Positions 8,944 through 19,310 of a DNA stretch of 64,000 bases are shown here, in pieces; position 1 is the first letter of the stretch; every line of letters starts with the position of its first letter. The notes under the pieces were generated by a model. The model was not told the origin of the DNA. It ran no database searches and saw only the letters and a program-made list of their open reading frames with translations. Source of the stretch: an uncultured Aliarcobacter sp. (GTDB taxonomy: Bacteria > Campylobacterota > Campylobacteria > Campylobacterales > Arcobacteraceae); contig CAXXLV010000001.1 in assembly GCA_963664305.2 (NCBI GenBank), forward strand, positions 288,001 to 352,000. Direction: 5' to 3'. The position numbers were made by a program, and so were the translations under genes.

Positions 8944-10137
8944 ATGAAAAGAATTACAAGATTAAGTACAGTTGCTATATTAAGTTTATCTTCTATGGTA
9001 ACTTTTGCAAATGCTAGTGAAAATTTAGCAGATGCATTTACAAATGGTAAAATTAAGGGTCAAATAAAATCTGTTTACTCTAATTCAAATTTCTTAGGAA
9101 ATGTTAAATCAGATGACATAACAACTATTGGTGGTAGTCTAGGTTTTATAACAGATGATTTTTATGGATTTAATGCTGGTGCTACATTCCAAACTTCTCA
9201 TGTGTTAAATCAAGATAATAATAACAATGTTTTTAGTTCTGATTTAGATGCTCAAGGTTCAGTTTTATCAGAAGCTTATGTTAGTTATAAATTAGCAAAT
9301 ACAAGTGCTAAAATGGGTAGACAGTTTATTTATACACCTCTTGTAAGCAGTGCTATAGATGGAAAAGCATCTGAAAGTTTAATAAAAGATTCTTTTGAAG
9401 CTTATGTACTTACAAATACAGATATTCCAGATACAACATTAATGGGAAGTTATATTGATAAATATCAAGCAAAAGCTACATCTGGAGATATTAGAAGCTT
9501 TGAACAATTTGAAGATGGGGCTTATACTTTTTATGCAAAAAACACATCAATAAAAGATTTAACATTACAAGCACAATATCTTAAAGTAAATGCAATTGCA
9601 ACTGATTCGGATATACAAAATTTATATTTCCAAGCTGATTATATGTTAGCTGGGCATACATTATCAGCTCAATATTTATCATCAACAGATGAATCAAAAG
9701 CTTCAAATTTAGAAGATGCAGAATTATTTGGACTTAAAGCAACTGGACCAGTAGGTTTAGGAAAATTAGGTTATGTAGTTGCATATAATTCAAGTACAAA
9801 AGATGGAGAAGTAAATTTAGGAAAAGGTAGTGGAACTACAGATACACCTTTTACAGCTATGCCAGTTAATGGTGGAGGTGTTCCTTCAAGAGCGGATACT
9901 GATACTATTGTAGGAGGATTAATTGTACCTGTATATGATGTTACTTTTGTAGGATATGCTGGTAAATCATTCTCAAAAACTCATGTTCTTGGTGATGTAA
10001 CAGCTACAGGAGCAATGGCAATTTATCCATTCTATAAAAACTTTTTATTAAAAGCTAATTATGAACATGTTGAAGTTGAGAAAGTAATTACTGAAAATAC
10101 TGATGTATCTAGAATTTATTTATCTTACTCATTTTAA
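8944..10137 (+). CDS. Outer-membrane porin (OprD / Campylobacterota MOMP-like)
   Basis: Signal peptide, LADAFTNGK.KG start, LSEAY, GRQ..TPL, C-terminal RIYLSYSF beta-signal. Confidence 0.8.
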   Translation: MKRITRLSTVAILSLSSMVTFANASENLADAFTNGKIKGQIKSVYSNSNFLGNVKSDDITTIGGSLGFITDDFYGFNAGATFQTSHVLNQDNNNNVFSSDLDAQGSVLSEAYVSYKLANTSAKMGRQFIYTPLVSSAIDGKASESLIKDSFEAYVLTNTDIPDTTLMGSYIDKYQAKATSGDIRSFEQFEDGAYTFYAKNTSIKDLTLQAQYLKVNAIATDSDIQNLYFQADYMLAGHTLSAQYLSSTDESKASNLEDAELFGLKATGPVGLGKLGYVVAYNSSTKDGEVNLGKGSGTTDTPFTAMPVNGGGVPSRADTDTIVGGLIVPVYDVTFVGYAGKSFSKTHVLGDVTATGAMAIYPFYKNFLLKANYEHVEVEKVITENTDVSRIYLSYSF

Positions 10138-10153
10138 TGTAAGGATTTAATAA

Positions 10154-11200
10154 ATGATATCTATAAAACAACCAATACTTGGTATTTTATCTACTATTTT
10201 AATAGTTGCTTTTTCATTAATAATTAGTACAAGCTTTGAATTATCAACATTTGGTTCATGGATTACTTTAATTATTATGGTGATGGTACCAGTACAAATA
10301 ATAATGACTTTATTTATGGGAAATTCTGTTTGTCAATTTATAGATGTTTTATCTCAACCCAAAAAAGCTTTAATAAACTCAGTTATTATGATTAATTTTG
10401 GGGTAATTGTATTTGTAATTATTCAATTATTATTTGAAGGTTTAGGTTCAAAACCAACACCATTTTCTATAATGTATTGTATTAATACAGTTATCATAAC
10501 TTTTTGGTTGGTTGTAGTATTTGCTGGTTGGCCTATTAGATTAATCTCAGATAAAGTAATAGCAGGAATTGTTCTCTTAGTTAGTGCAATGGTAATTAGT
10601 TATATAACTTTTAAATTACTGTATGATTTTTCAGATTTTGAACCTGCTCCATTTTATAATGTAATGCTAGATCCAAAAGGTTTATTTGGAGCATGGGATA
10701 TATTATCATTTATGGTAACAACATTAGCAGTAATTTTAGCTTGGGTTATATTAGATTTTTTCCCAATCGGACCAAAACCTGAGAATCCAATATTAAGAAT
10801 TTTAACTGTTACTTTTCCAGTATTAATAGTTACTTATATTTTTTGGAAATTAGGTATAAATTATATTGGCGATCCAGTTAAATTTATGGTGGATGTTACT
10901 ATTTCTTTTATTTTTGGAGAGTTTATTGTTTTACTTATGATGGAAACAGCACCCGTTCAAGCAGTAAAACAACCAATAAAAGGAATAATTTTAATTATTC
11001 TTGCAATTATTCTTGCATTTATTTGTAATTTTATTTATACACATGTAATAACAAGTATATATCCTCAAATAAGTTCGGGCGCGCCGACTTATGATATAGA
11101 AATGTGGAAAGCATCAGCAATGTTAGCAATAACATTTCCAATATTTGTTCTATTTAGTCAGATATTCAACTTCTGGCCATTAAGAGATAGTTCAAAATAA
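10154..11200 (+). CDS. Polytopic inner-membrane protein, putative aromatic-compound permease
   Basis: About 10 TM segments; internal repeats (LSQPKKALI / VKQPIKGII; FAGWP / FNFWP); 16 bp after the porin gene. Confidence 0.5.
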   Translation: MISIKQPILGILSTILIVAFSLIISTSFELSTFGSWITLIIMVMVPVQIIMTLFMGNSVCQFIDVLSQPKKALINSVIMINFGVIVFVIIQLLFEGLGSKPTPFSIMYCINTVIITFWLVVVFAGWPIRLISDKVIAGIVLLVSAMVISYITFKLLYDFSDFEPAPFYNVMLDPKGLFGAWDILSFMVTTLAVILAWVILDFFPIGPKPENPILRILTVTFPVLIVTYIFWKLGINYIGDPVKFMVDVTISFIFGEFIVLLMMETAPVQAVKQPIKGIILIILAIILAFICNFIYTHVITSIYPQISSGAPTYDIEMWKASAMLAITFPIFVLFSQIFNFWPLRDSSK

Positions 11201-11228
11201 ATTAGTGTATATCTAATTTTTTATTTGA

Positions 11229-11268
11229 TTGTACCCTTTTAGTTCTCCTTAAATAAAAAAGGTACAAA
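11229..11268. terminator. Imperfect hairpin between convergent genes
   Basis: TTGTACC...GGTACAA arms between the stops at 11200 and 11298. Confidence 0.4.
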
Positions 11269-11297
11269 CTTAATAAATATATAAAGAGTTATTTTCT

Positions 11298-12583
11298 TTA
11301 TATATTTATATATGAAAATATATATAAAACTACAATACTAATAAAATACATCTTAAAACTATAAAATATATTTAATTTAAATATCTCTCTTGCATCAAAA
11401 TTATATCTTGAAACTATAGTCAGATTAGAACCACTAAAAGGTGAAGTAGCAACTGTAGTAGCCCAAGCCATCAAAAAAACTAATGCCAATAAAGTATGAT
11501 TTACTTGATTTAATAAATCTCCAACTATTGCAATTGTAATAAGAGGATGAATTCCTATAAATCCTAAAAAAATAAAAATTGCTAATAAAATAGAAGCAAT
11601 AATCCAATCAAATTGTTCAAATGGAAGTTCTAAATTCAATCCTAAAAGAAATGAGCTCATTATAACACCAAACATTCCAGCAACTAAGAAAAGTGAAATT
11701 TCCCCTTTCATTTTGGAAGTTCATAAAAAATATGAGTTTTTATCTCAATTATTGCTTTTTTCATATTTATTTTAATTGGTAAAATTACAAATACCAATAA
11801 AAATGAGAATAGAGATATCAAAATAATAACTTTAACATTAGGGAAAAAGTAATTTGTCATTAATACTAAAAAAGCCAAAGACAAAGGTAAATATAAACTA
11901 CTTAAAGAAATAGGATAACCTTCAAATTCATTTATTAAATTTTTTTTATCATTTTTCACTTCAATATAAGTAATTAAAAATCCAATTATAGACAAGATTA
12001 ATCCATTTATTAAAATTATTGAAGTATTTAATTTTGGCATATAAACAACAGCTGCTGCAAATGCAACAAAAAAAGGTGACCAATATGCATCATTTGCAAA
12101 AGAACGGCTAAGCAATATGATTTGAGTATTTGTTAAAATGTTTTTCTTATACATCTTATCTGCAATTAAAATAAGAGCTGAAAGATTTATAACTGATGCA
12201 AATAAATGAACTCCTAAATAAGTTTTTATAAATGAATTTATACCTTTTGGTGGAATTTCATTTATATCTGTTTTATTTGGAATTGCTATTAACCTCAAAA
12301 AACCAACTCCAATTAATAATGTAATTAAATATTGATTTACCGTAAAAATATTATAAAAATTTATTGTAAAAGAATTAAATAAGCATATTAATAAAAAAAT
12401 AAAACTCAACGATAATAAAATCAACAAAAGTTTTTTCTTTTGTAAAGTTTTAAAAAATATAAAAAAAGAAATCCAAGCACATAAACCTGAAATTATCAAT
12501 AAATCTTTATAAAAAAAGTATGCACAAATACTTAATATAAAAGACAAAAATATTAAGATACCTATTAAATATGAACTATTCAT
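11298..12583 (-). pseudogene. Membrane transporter-like gene split into 291-aa and 137-aa ORFs, probably by a 1-nt frameshift
   Basis: Junction on the minus strand reads CCA AAA TGA AAG GGG; one extra A gives CCA AAA ATG AAA GGG GAA and a continuous 428-aa hydrophobic protein (…YELPK-MKGEISLF…). Confidence 0.6.
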
Positions 12584-12585
12584 AA

Positions 12586-13461
12586 TTAAATAAATAAAAA
12601 ATAAAGAACAATTGGAATTATAAATAAACTAGCTATATTTCCAATTGCAACTATAGAAGCAACTGCTCCTGAATCATGACCATATTTTTCAGCCATAAGT
12701 GAATTTACTACAGCAGGTGGCATTGCACCAAAAAGTATCAATAAACTCTTTTGCAAAGGTGTGTATTCAAAAAAATATATTGCAATTAATGCCATAATTA
12801 TTCCAGAAAGAGGACAAAGAATTGCCCCAAGTATTCCTATTTTTAAATGAGAAAAATTAATATTAGATAACCTAACTCCCAATGAAAACAAAATCAATGG
12901 AATAGAAATTTGAGATAACATAATCAATGGTTCATTAAATAATTGTGGTAAATGAAATCCAAAATAGTTAAATAACAAACCAATAATTGTTGCTAAAATC
13001 ACAGGATTTTTAAATAGATTTATTAGTTTTACTTCTCCACCATACATTACTATCGCTATTGTGAATTGCCCAATAATTTGAATTATAGATAAGGCTATAA
13101 ATAAAGCCATTGCTTCATGACCAAAAGCAAATAAAGCCAAAGGTAAACCCAAATTTATAGAATTATTAAACATCATAGAAGGTAAAAAAGTTCGTGGATT
13201 GATTTTTAAAATTTTTGTTAATGGATATAAGATTAAACCTGAACCTAAAACCACTATAACTGCACCAAATGAAAAACTTGTTAATGTTGTAATGGAAGGT
13301 AATTTTTCACTTATTGCATAAAAAACCAATATTGGTATAAAAACATCAAGATTTATTTTATTTGGTATTTCCATACTAACTTTTTCTTTTTTAGCATAAA
13401 AATATCCTATAAGTGCAATCAATATTACAGGGAATATAATTTCAAAAATTTTAAGTACCAT
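12586..13461 (-). CDS. AEC (auxin efflux carrier / malate permease) family transporter
   Basis: FNNS.NLGLPL..FAFG, FKNPVI, IPL.LFSLG, AMPPAV motifs. Confidence 0.85.
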   Translation of the reverse strand: MVLKIFEIIFPVILIALIGYFYAKKEKVSMEIPNKINLDVFIPILVFYAISEKLPSITTLTSFSFGAVIVVLGSGLILYPLTKILKINPRTFLPSMMFNNSINLGLPLALFAFGHEAMALFIALSIIQIIGQFTIAIVMYGGEVKLINLFKNPVILATIIGLLFNYFGFHLPQLFNEPLIMLSQISIPLILFSLGVRLSNINFSHLKIGILGAILCPLSGIIMALIAIYFFEYTPLQKSLLILFGAMPPAVVNSLMAEKYGHDSGAVASIVAIGNIASLFIIPIVLYFLFI

Positions 13462-13478
13462 TTTTAAAATTCTTCAAA

Positions 13479-14417
13479 TTATTTTTTATAATAAATAAAT
13501 TCTAACAATGTAGAAATTGTTCTTGTATAGGGAGCATCTAAACCTAAAGCTTCACAATTTTTTATTACTACATTACAAATTTCATCTAATTCTAATTCTC
13601 TATTATTTTCAACATCTACTAACATTGATGGTTTTATTGAATCAAATTTTGTAATTAATTCAAACATTTCATCTACTTCTTCTTTTGGAATTTTTATTCC
13701 TTTATTTAAAGCTGCTTGAGCTGTTTCATTCATCAATCCATAAACAATTTTTGATAACTTTTCATGTTGCATAATAACACCAGTTTTTTCTCTTAAAAGT
13801 GCACAAATTGCATTTACACCATTATTGATTATCAATTTTTTCCAAAGTTCAAGATTTATATTTTGAGATATTTGTGTTGGAATTTTTGCTTCGTTAAATA
13901 CCTTTTCTAATTTTTGTAAAAATATTTGATTTTCTTCAGTTTTTTCAATAGCACCTAAAATTGTTTCAGCTGTTCCAGTAGCACTAATAAATGCAGGACT
14001 TACAATATGAGCGCCTATTTTTCTCGTAAGTCCTGCAATTATATGTGTTTTAATCAAATTAGTAGAAAGGATCTCTTCGTTATCTACACCATTTTGAAGT
14101 GAGATAACGTAGGGAATGTTTTTTTCATTACCAAACCAACTCTGCAAATGTTTTGATAATGATATAGTTGAAGTCGATTTAGTGGCAATTAGAACAGCAT
14201 CAAAAGAAAAAATGTTCATCTCTTTAACTTGGGAGAGTGAATGTGAGATAACTTTTTTTTGAAAATGAAATTCTGGGTGATGCAACTTCAACTCATTTTG
14301 CTGTAAAGCTTCTAACTGCTTTCCTCTTGCAACAAAGACTACATCATGTGCTGCCTCGATTAATCTTGCGCCAAAATAAGAGCCTATACCACCAGTACCC
14401 AGAATTAAAAATTTCAT
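13479..14417 (-). CDS. panE: 2-dehydropantoate 2-reductase family (PanE/ApbA-like)
   Basis: GTGGIG Rossmann motif, SLQNG, LWKKL..N, PSML.D...RELE.D. Confidence 0.8.
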   Translation of the reverse strand: MKFLILGTGGIGSYFGARLIEAAHDVVFVARGKQLEALQQNELKLHHPEFHFQKKVISHSLSQVKEMNIFSFDAVLIATKSTSTISLSKHLQSWFGNEKNIPYVISLQNGVDNEEILSTNLIKTHIIAGLTRKIGAHIVSPAFISATGTAETILGAIEKTEENQIFLQKLEKVFNEAKIPTQISQNINLELWKKLIINNGVNAICALLREKTGVIMQHEKLSKIVYGLMNETAQAALNKGIKIPKEEVDEMFELITKFDSIKPSMLVDVENNRELELDEICNVVIKNCEALGLDAPYTRTISTLLEFIYYKK

Positions 14418-14431
14418 TTTATACCTTTTGA

Positions 14432-15253
14432 TTATTTCTCAGAAAAGAAGTTTAATAATAGATTATTAAATCTGTCTTTATGTTCAATTTGCGTCCAATG
14501 TCCACATTGTCCAAAAACATGTAATTGAGATTTTAATATAAGTTGATTTAATCTAATTGAATTTTGTAAAGGAATAACTTTATCTTCTCTTCCATGTATA
14601 ATTAAAACTTCTTTATCAATTTTTTTGATGTCATTTTCACAACTCATCATAGAATCAACACCATTTTGTCTAGGAGCTGGGAACATTGAACCAAATGATT
14701 CTTGGAATCCTGGTCTAATACTTGCTTCATATCTCATCTTTGCTAAGTCATCAGTTACAATACTTCTATCATAAGCAAAAATATCAAGTAATTCTTTCAT
14801 ATTTTCAATACTTGGAGTATATCCCCATGCTTTATCTAAACCATAAGTCAAATCAAAATAAACCCCAACGGCACCCATTAAAACAACTTTATTAAATCTA
14901 TTTGGATATTTAATAGTTAAAGCTAAAGCTAAAGCTCCACCAAAAGAGTTACCAACTAAATTTGTTTTTTCAATACCTAATGCATCCATTAAATCAATAG
15001 TTTGTTGAACCCATGTATCCATATTATATGTAATACCTTCTGGTCTATCTGAGTATCCAAACCCAACCATATCAGGAGCAATAACTCTGAATTTTTCAGC
15101 TAAAACTGGCATAGTACCTCTCCAATTAGCATAAGCTGAAACACCTGGTCCTGAACCATGAATAAACATAATTGGTTCACCACTACCTAAATCATGATAA
15201 TTTGTATTAAAACTTCCTGTTTTAATATTATTTGCAATTTCTGGATTTGACAT
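14432..15253 (-). CDS. dmpD: 2-hydroxymuconic semialdehyde hydrolase
   Basis: HGSGPG oxyanion motif, GNSFGG nucleophile elbow, HGRED, CGHWTQIE. Confidence 0.9.
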   Translation of the reverse strand: MSNPEIANNIKTGSFNTNYHDLGSGEPIMFIHGSGPGVSAYANWRGTMPVLAEKFRVIAPDMVGFGYSDRPEGITYNMDTWVQQTIDLMDALGIEKTNLVGNSFGGALALALTIKYPNRFNKVVLMGAVGVYFDLTYGLDKAWGYTPSIENMKELLDIFAYDRSIVTDDLAKMRYEASIRPGFQESFGSMFPAPRQNGVDSMMSCENDIKKIDKEVLIIHGREDKVIPLQNSIRLNQLILKSQLHVFGQCGHWTQIEHKDRFNNLLLNFFSEK

Positions 15254-15271
15254 ATTTTCTCCTTAATAATT

Positions 15272-16276
15272 TTATAAATTGAACTCTTTTGCTAAGAGTT
15301 CATAAGATTTCATTCTATCTTCAAATGAGTAAGTTACATTTACAATCATAACTTCCTCTACACCATACTCTAAAGCTAATTTTTCTATTTTTTCTTTGCA
15401 CTCTTTTGGAGTTCCTAAAATCATAGAATCTAACGTTTCTTTATAATAAGCTTTATCTTCAAAACTTAATTCTTCATACAATTTTTCAACATCACTTGGG
15501 CTATGTAATCCATCACGAGTAGGATGTCTAAATGCCTGAACTTTCCAATATGTATGCGAACATGCTATCTCTTGCGCTTTTTCTTTTGAATCAGAACAAA
15601 TACAAGCAACAGCAATCATTGCTTTTGGTTTTTTAAAATTTTTAGATGCTTTAAAATTTTTTTTGTAACTATCTATAATTTGTATTGGTCTATCATGAGT
15701 TCCAATAAATAGTGCTAAACAAAAACCAGCACCTAATTTTCCAGCTAAAATACTACTTCCATCACTAGAACCAAGTAAATAAACAGGTGTAGAATTAACA
15801 TTTTTAGGAGATAGATTTACTCCATAAAAATAATCATTTTTAGGAACTTTATCATCCAAATAATTTATAAGATCATAGGCTTTTTTAGTATAATCTCCAC
15901 TATTTGAATTATGTAAGGCACGAGCAGCTAAAAAATTAGCGCCATTTGCTCTTCCAATTCCTAAATCAATTCTATTATTATGTAAAGCACTTAGTGTATT
16001 AAAAGTTTCAGCAACTTTAAATGCACTATAATGATTTAACATAACACCACCACTTCCAACTCTAATAGTTTTAGTTGCATCTGCAATTGTACTTACCATT
16101 ATTTCTGGACATGCACTTGCATATCCAGGAGTGTCATGATGTTCTGCACACCAATATCTGTAATAACCTAATTCTTCACATCTAGTTGCTAGTTTTATAG
16201 TGTCAAATAAGGCTTCTTTATCTTCTTTTCCATCATGTATTGGTGATTGATCAAGTACACTTAATTTTAAATTCAT
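15272..16276 (-). CDS. Luciferase-like (LLM class) flavin-dependent oxidoreductase, YhbW-type
   Basis: LSVLDQSP, RYW.AEHH, IRVGSGGVML.HY, RIDLGIGRA, LLGSS. Confidence 0.85.
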   Translation of the reverse strand: MNLKLSVLDQSPIHDGKEDKEALFDTIKLATRCEELGYYRYWCAEHHDTPGYASACPEIMVSTIADATKTIRVGSGGVMLNHYSAFKVAETFNTLSALHNNRIDLGIGRANGANFLAARALHNSNSGDYTKKAYDLINYLDDKVPKNDYFYGVNLSPKNVNSTPVYLLGSSDGSSILAGKLGAGFCLALFIGTHDRPIQIIDSYKKNFKASKNFKKPKAMIAVACICSDSKEKAQEIACSHTYWKVQAFRHPTRDGLHSPSDVEKLYEELSFEDKAYYKETLDSMILGTPKECKEKIEKLALEYGVEEVMIVNVTYSFEDRMKSYELLAKEFNL

Positions 16277-16284
16277 AATAAATT

Positions 16285-16476
16285 TTATTTACCTAACTTT
16301 TTGGCACTTTTCCCACCAATACCAAAGTGTTGTTTAGGCATTTCATTTATAATTACCCTAACACTTTCAATTGGTGTATCAAGAGATTCAGCAATCGCAA
16401 TACTTACTTTCTCAATCAATGCCTCTTTTTTTTCGTCACTTCTACCTTCAATAATATTTATTGTTGCAATTGGCAC
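16285..16476 (-). CDS. dmpI: 4-oxalocrotonate tautomerase
   Basis: 63 aa, catalytic Pro1 after Met removal, EGRS.EKK, VRVII.E...HFGIGG; GTG start. Confidence 0.92.
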   Translation of the reverse strand: MPIATINIIEGRSDEKKEALIEKVSIAIAESLDTPIESVRVIINEMPKQHFGIGGKSAKKLGK

Positions 16477-16485
16477 GAGTTTTCC

Positions 16486-17274
16486 TTATACAAATTTCAT
16501 TGATAAAGTTCCTAAATCTTGGAACTTAACAGTTACATTATCGCCTTTTTTTACACTCATTGCAGCTGTAATTGCACCTGAAAGGATATACGTTCCAGCT
16601 TTTAGGATTTCACCTCGTTCACTTAACATATTTGCTAACATTGCAATTGCAGTTGCAGGATGTCCTAAAACAGCAGCACCAGCTCCAAGTTGAACAACTT
16701 CTCCATTGATTTCCATTACAACACCTAGAGTTTTTAGGTCTAAGTCTTTAATATCTCTCATTCTTCCACCAGTTACATATCTTGAAGATGAAGAGTTATC
16801 AGCAATTACAGATTTTAAATCAAATTTAAAATCTTTATATCTTGAATCTATAATTTCAACAGCTGGCATAACAAAATCAGTGGCAGCTAATACATCACCA
16901 ATATGACAACCTGGACCTTGTAAATCATCTTTTAAAATGAAAGCTATTTCAGCTTCTACTTTTGGATGAATTAACTCATCAATTTTAATTTCAGCTCCAT
17001 CACCATATGCAAAATAATCAGCTAAATAACCATAACAAGGATTTGGAACACCCATTTGTTTCATTTTAGCTTGAGAAGTAAGACCCATTTTCATACCAAC
17101 AATTTTATGCCCTCTTGCTTCTTTTGCTTTTCGTGCTGTCCATTGAATATCATATGCATCTTCATATGTCATTTCTGGATAATCATCTGTAATTTTAGTA
17201 ATTTCATGTGCATTTAGCTCAGCATCTTCACAATGCTTTGCTAATTTTTCTATTGTTGCTTTATCTAATGCCAT
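16486..17274 (-). CDS. dmpH: 4-oxalocrotonate decarboxylase
   Basis: FAH fold; KMGLTS.AKM.QMGV, HPKVEAEIAF, FDLKSVIADNSSS. Confidence 0.9.
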   Translation of the reverse strand: MALDKATIEKLAKHCEDAELNAHEITKITDDYPEMTYEDAYDIQWTARKAKEARGHKIVGMKMGLTSQAKMKQMGVPNPCYGYLADYFAYGDGAEIKIDELIHPKVEAEIAFILKDDLQGPGCHIGDVLAATDFVMPAVEIIDSRYKDFKFDLKSVIADNSSSSRYVTGGRMRDIKDLDLKTLGVVMEINGEVVQLGAGAAVLGHPATAIAMLANMLSERGEILKAGTYILSGAITAAMSVKKGDNVTVKFQDLGTLSMKFV

Positions 17275-18302
17275 TATATTAATCCTCTCTCTCTTGCCAT
17301 ATCTAATGCTAAGTCTTCAATCATATCTTCTTGACCACCTACCATTCCTCTTCTTCCTAGTTCTAGTAAAAGTGTTCTTGCATCAATTCCATATTTTTCT
17401 TCTGCACGTCTTGCAAATAATAAAAATGATGAATAAACTCCAGCATATCCTAAAGTGATAGAATCCCTTGAAATTCTTGTAGGTTTTCCCATAATTGGTA
17501 ATGCAATATCTTCAGCAGCATCTTCAATTTTATGTAAATCAATTCCAGTTTCAACACCCATTCTATTTAATACTGCAACTAAAACTTCAGTTGCTGTATT
17601 TCCAGAACCTGCTCCAAATCCAGCAAGTGATGCATCAATTCTTGTTGCTCCTGCTTCGATAGCTGCAAGTGAGTTTGCTACACCCATTGACATATTATTA
17701 TGCCCATGGAAACCTAACTCAATATCATCACCAAACTCTTTTTTAAGAATTGCTATTCTTGCACTTACATCATCAGGAAGTAAATATCCAGCTGAATCCG
17801 TTGCATAAATAGTTTTTGCTCCATAAGAAACCATTTTTGCTGCTTCTTGAAGTAATTTTTCAGGAGTTACCATATGAGCCATCATTAAAAAACCAACAGT
17901 ATCTAATCCCATAGAAACCGCTGCTTTTATATGTTGAGCAGAACAATCTGCTTCTGTACAATGAGTTGCAACTCTAACAGTTGAAATTCCTTTTTTAACA
18001 GCTCTTTCTAAATCTTTTACAATTCCAATTCCAGGAAGTAAAAGAGCAGAAATTTTTGCATTTTTTACATTTGATACTGCACACTCAATCCACTCTTCAT
18101 CAGTATGTAAACCATATCCATAATTAAGTGAACTTCCACCTAAACCATCACCATGAGTTACTTCAATCATAGGAACACCAGCTTCATCCATAGCTTTTGA
18201 CATTGCAGCCATTTGGTCTAATGTAAATTGATGTCTAATAGAGTGCATTCCATCTCTTAAAGACATATCATGAATTGTTACTTTTTTACCTTTTAAATTC
18301 AT
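17274..18302 (-). CDS. dmpG: 4-hydroxy-2-oxovalerate aldolase
   Basis: [37 protein letters not shown]. Start moved to ATG 18302 (AAGGAG RBS, just after the dmpF stop). Confidence 0.93.
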   Translation of the reverse strand: MNLKGKKVTIHDMSLRDGMHSIRHQFTLDQMAAMSKAMDEAGVPMIEVTHGDGLGGSSLNYGYGLHTDEEWIECAVSNVKNAKISALLLPGIGIVKDLERAVKKGISTVRVATHCTEADCSAQHIKAAVSMGLDTVGFLMMAHMVTPEKLLQEAAKMVSYGAKTIYATDSAGYLLPDDVSARIAILKKEFGDDIELGFHGHNNMSMGVANSLAAIEAGATRIDASLAGFGAGSGNTATEVLVAVLNRMGVETGIDLHKIEDAAEDIALPIMGKPTRISRDSITLGYAGVYSSFLLFARRAEEKYGIDARTLLLELGRRGMVGGQEDMIEDLALDMARERGLI

Positions 18303-18303
18303 G

Positions 18304-19188
18304 TTATTCTCCTTTGATTTTTTCAGCCATTTTTTCTGCAATGTTTGTTGCAGCAGCTGTGATAATGTCTAAGTTACCTGCATATTTTGGTAAATAATCT
18401 CCTAATCCTTCAACTTCTAAATAAATAGAAACTTTTTTACCATCAAAAACTGGTCCATTTTTTAATTTATATCCAGGTACAAATTGTTGTACTTTTTTTA
18501 CCATTTCATGAACTGATTTAGTAATTGCTTCTTTGTTTGGTTCAGCAACTGTTTGACAATGAACAGTATCTCTCATCATAAGTGGTGGCTCTGCTGGATT
18601 TAAAATAATAATAGCTTTACCTTTTTTTACATTTCCAACTCTTTCTATTCCAAGTTTTGTTGTTTCTGTAAACTCATCAATGTTTGCACGAGTACCTGGA
18701 CCTGCTGATTTAGAAGCAACTGTTGCAATAATCTCTGCATAATCAACTGCTTGCACAGAAGAAACAGCTGCAACCATAGGAATAGTTGCCTGTCCACCAC
18801 AAGTTACCATGTTTACATTTTGTGTATTTTGTGCTAATAATTCATCAATATTTACTGAAGGTACACAAAATGGACCAATAGCTGCAGGCGTTAAATCAAT
18901 TACCATAACTCCAAGTTCAGCTAATTTCCTATTATTTTCACCATGAACATATGCAGATGTTGCATCAAAAGCAATTTTCACCCCATCTTCTTTGATAAAA
19001 GGAAGTAATCCGTCAACACCTTCATGTGTTGTTTTCATTCCAGCATCTTTTGCTTTTTTTAATCCATCTGAATCTGGGTCAATTCCAACCATCCATAGTG
19101 GATTTAAGATTTCACTTCTTTGAAGTTTATACATTAAATCTGTACCAATATTTCCAGATCCAATTAATGCGCAATTTATTTTCATCAT
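18304..19188 (-). CDS. dmpF: Acetaldehyde dehydrogenase (acylating)
   Basis: [49 protein letters not shown]. Confidence 0.93.
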   Translation of the reverse strand: MMKINCALIGSGNIGTDLMYKLQRSEILNPLWMVGIDPDSDGLKKAKDAGMKTTHEGVDGLLPFIKEDGVKIAFDATSAYVHGENNRKLAELGVMVIDLTPAAIGPFCVPSVNIDELLAQNTQNVNMVTCGGQATIPMVAAVSSVQAVDYAEIIATVASKSAGPGTRANIDEFTETTKLGIERVGNVKKGKAIIILNPAEPPLMMRDTVHCQTVAEPNKEAITKSVHEMVKKVQQFVPGYKLKNGPVFDGKKVSIYLEVEGLGDYLPKYAGNLDIITAAATNIAEKMAEKIKGE

Positions 19189-19203
19189 TATTCCTTAAAA
19201 ATT

Positions 19204-19305
19204 GTCCCAATTTTGAAGGGACCTTTTCACTTAACGACTTCTTTTAACACAATGGCAAAGCCATTGTTAAAGAAGCAAACTCTAAAGAGAACAACGAGTT
19301 GTTCT
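19204..19305 (-). other. Three consecutive stem-loops in the dmpE-dmpF intergenic region
   Basis: Plus-strand arms: GTCCC/GGGAC (19204-19222); bulged CTTCTTTTAACACAATGGC/GCCATTGTTAAAGAAG (19238-19275); AGAACAA/TTGTTCT (19288-19305). Confidence 0.6.
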
Positions 19306-19310
19306 TATCT

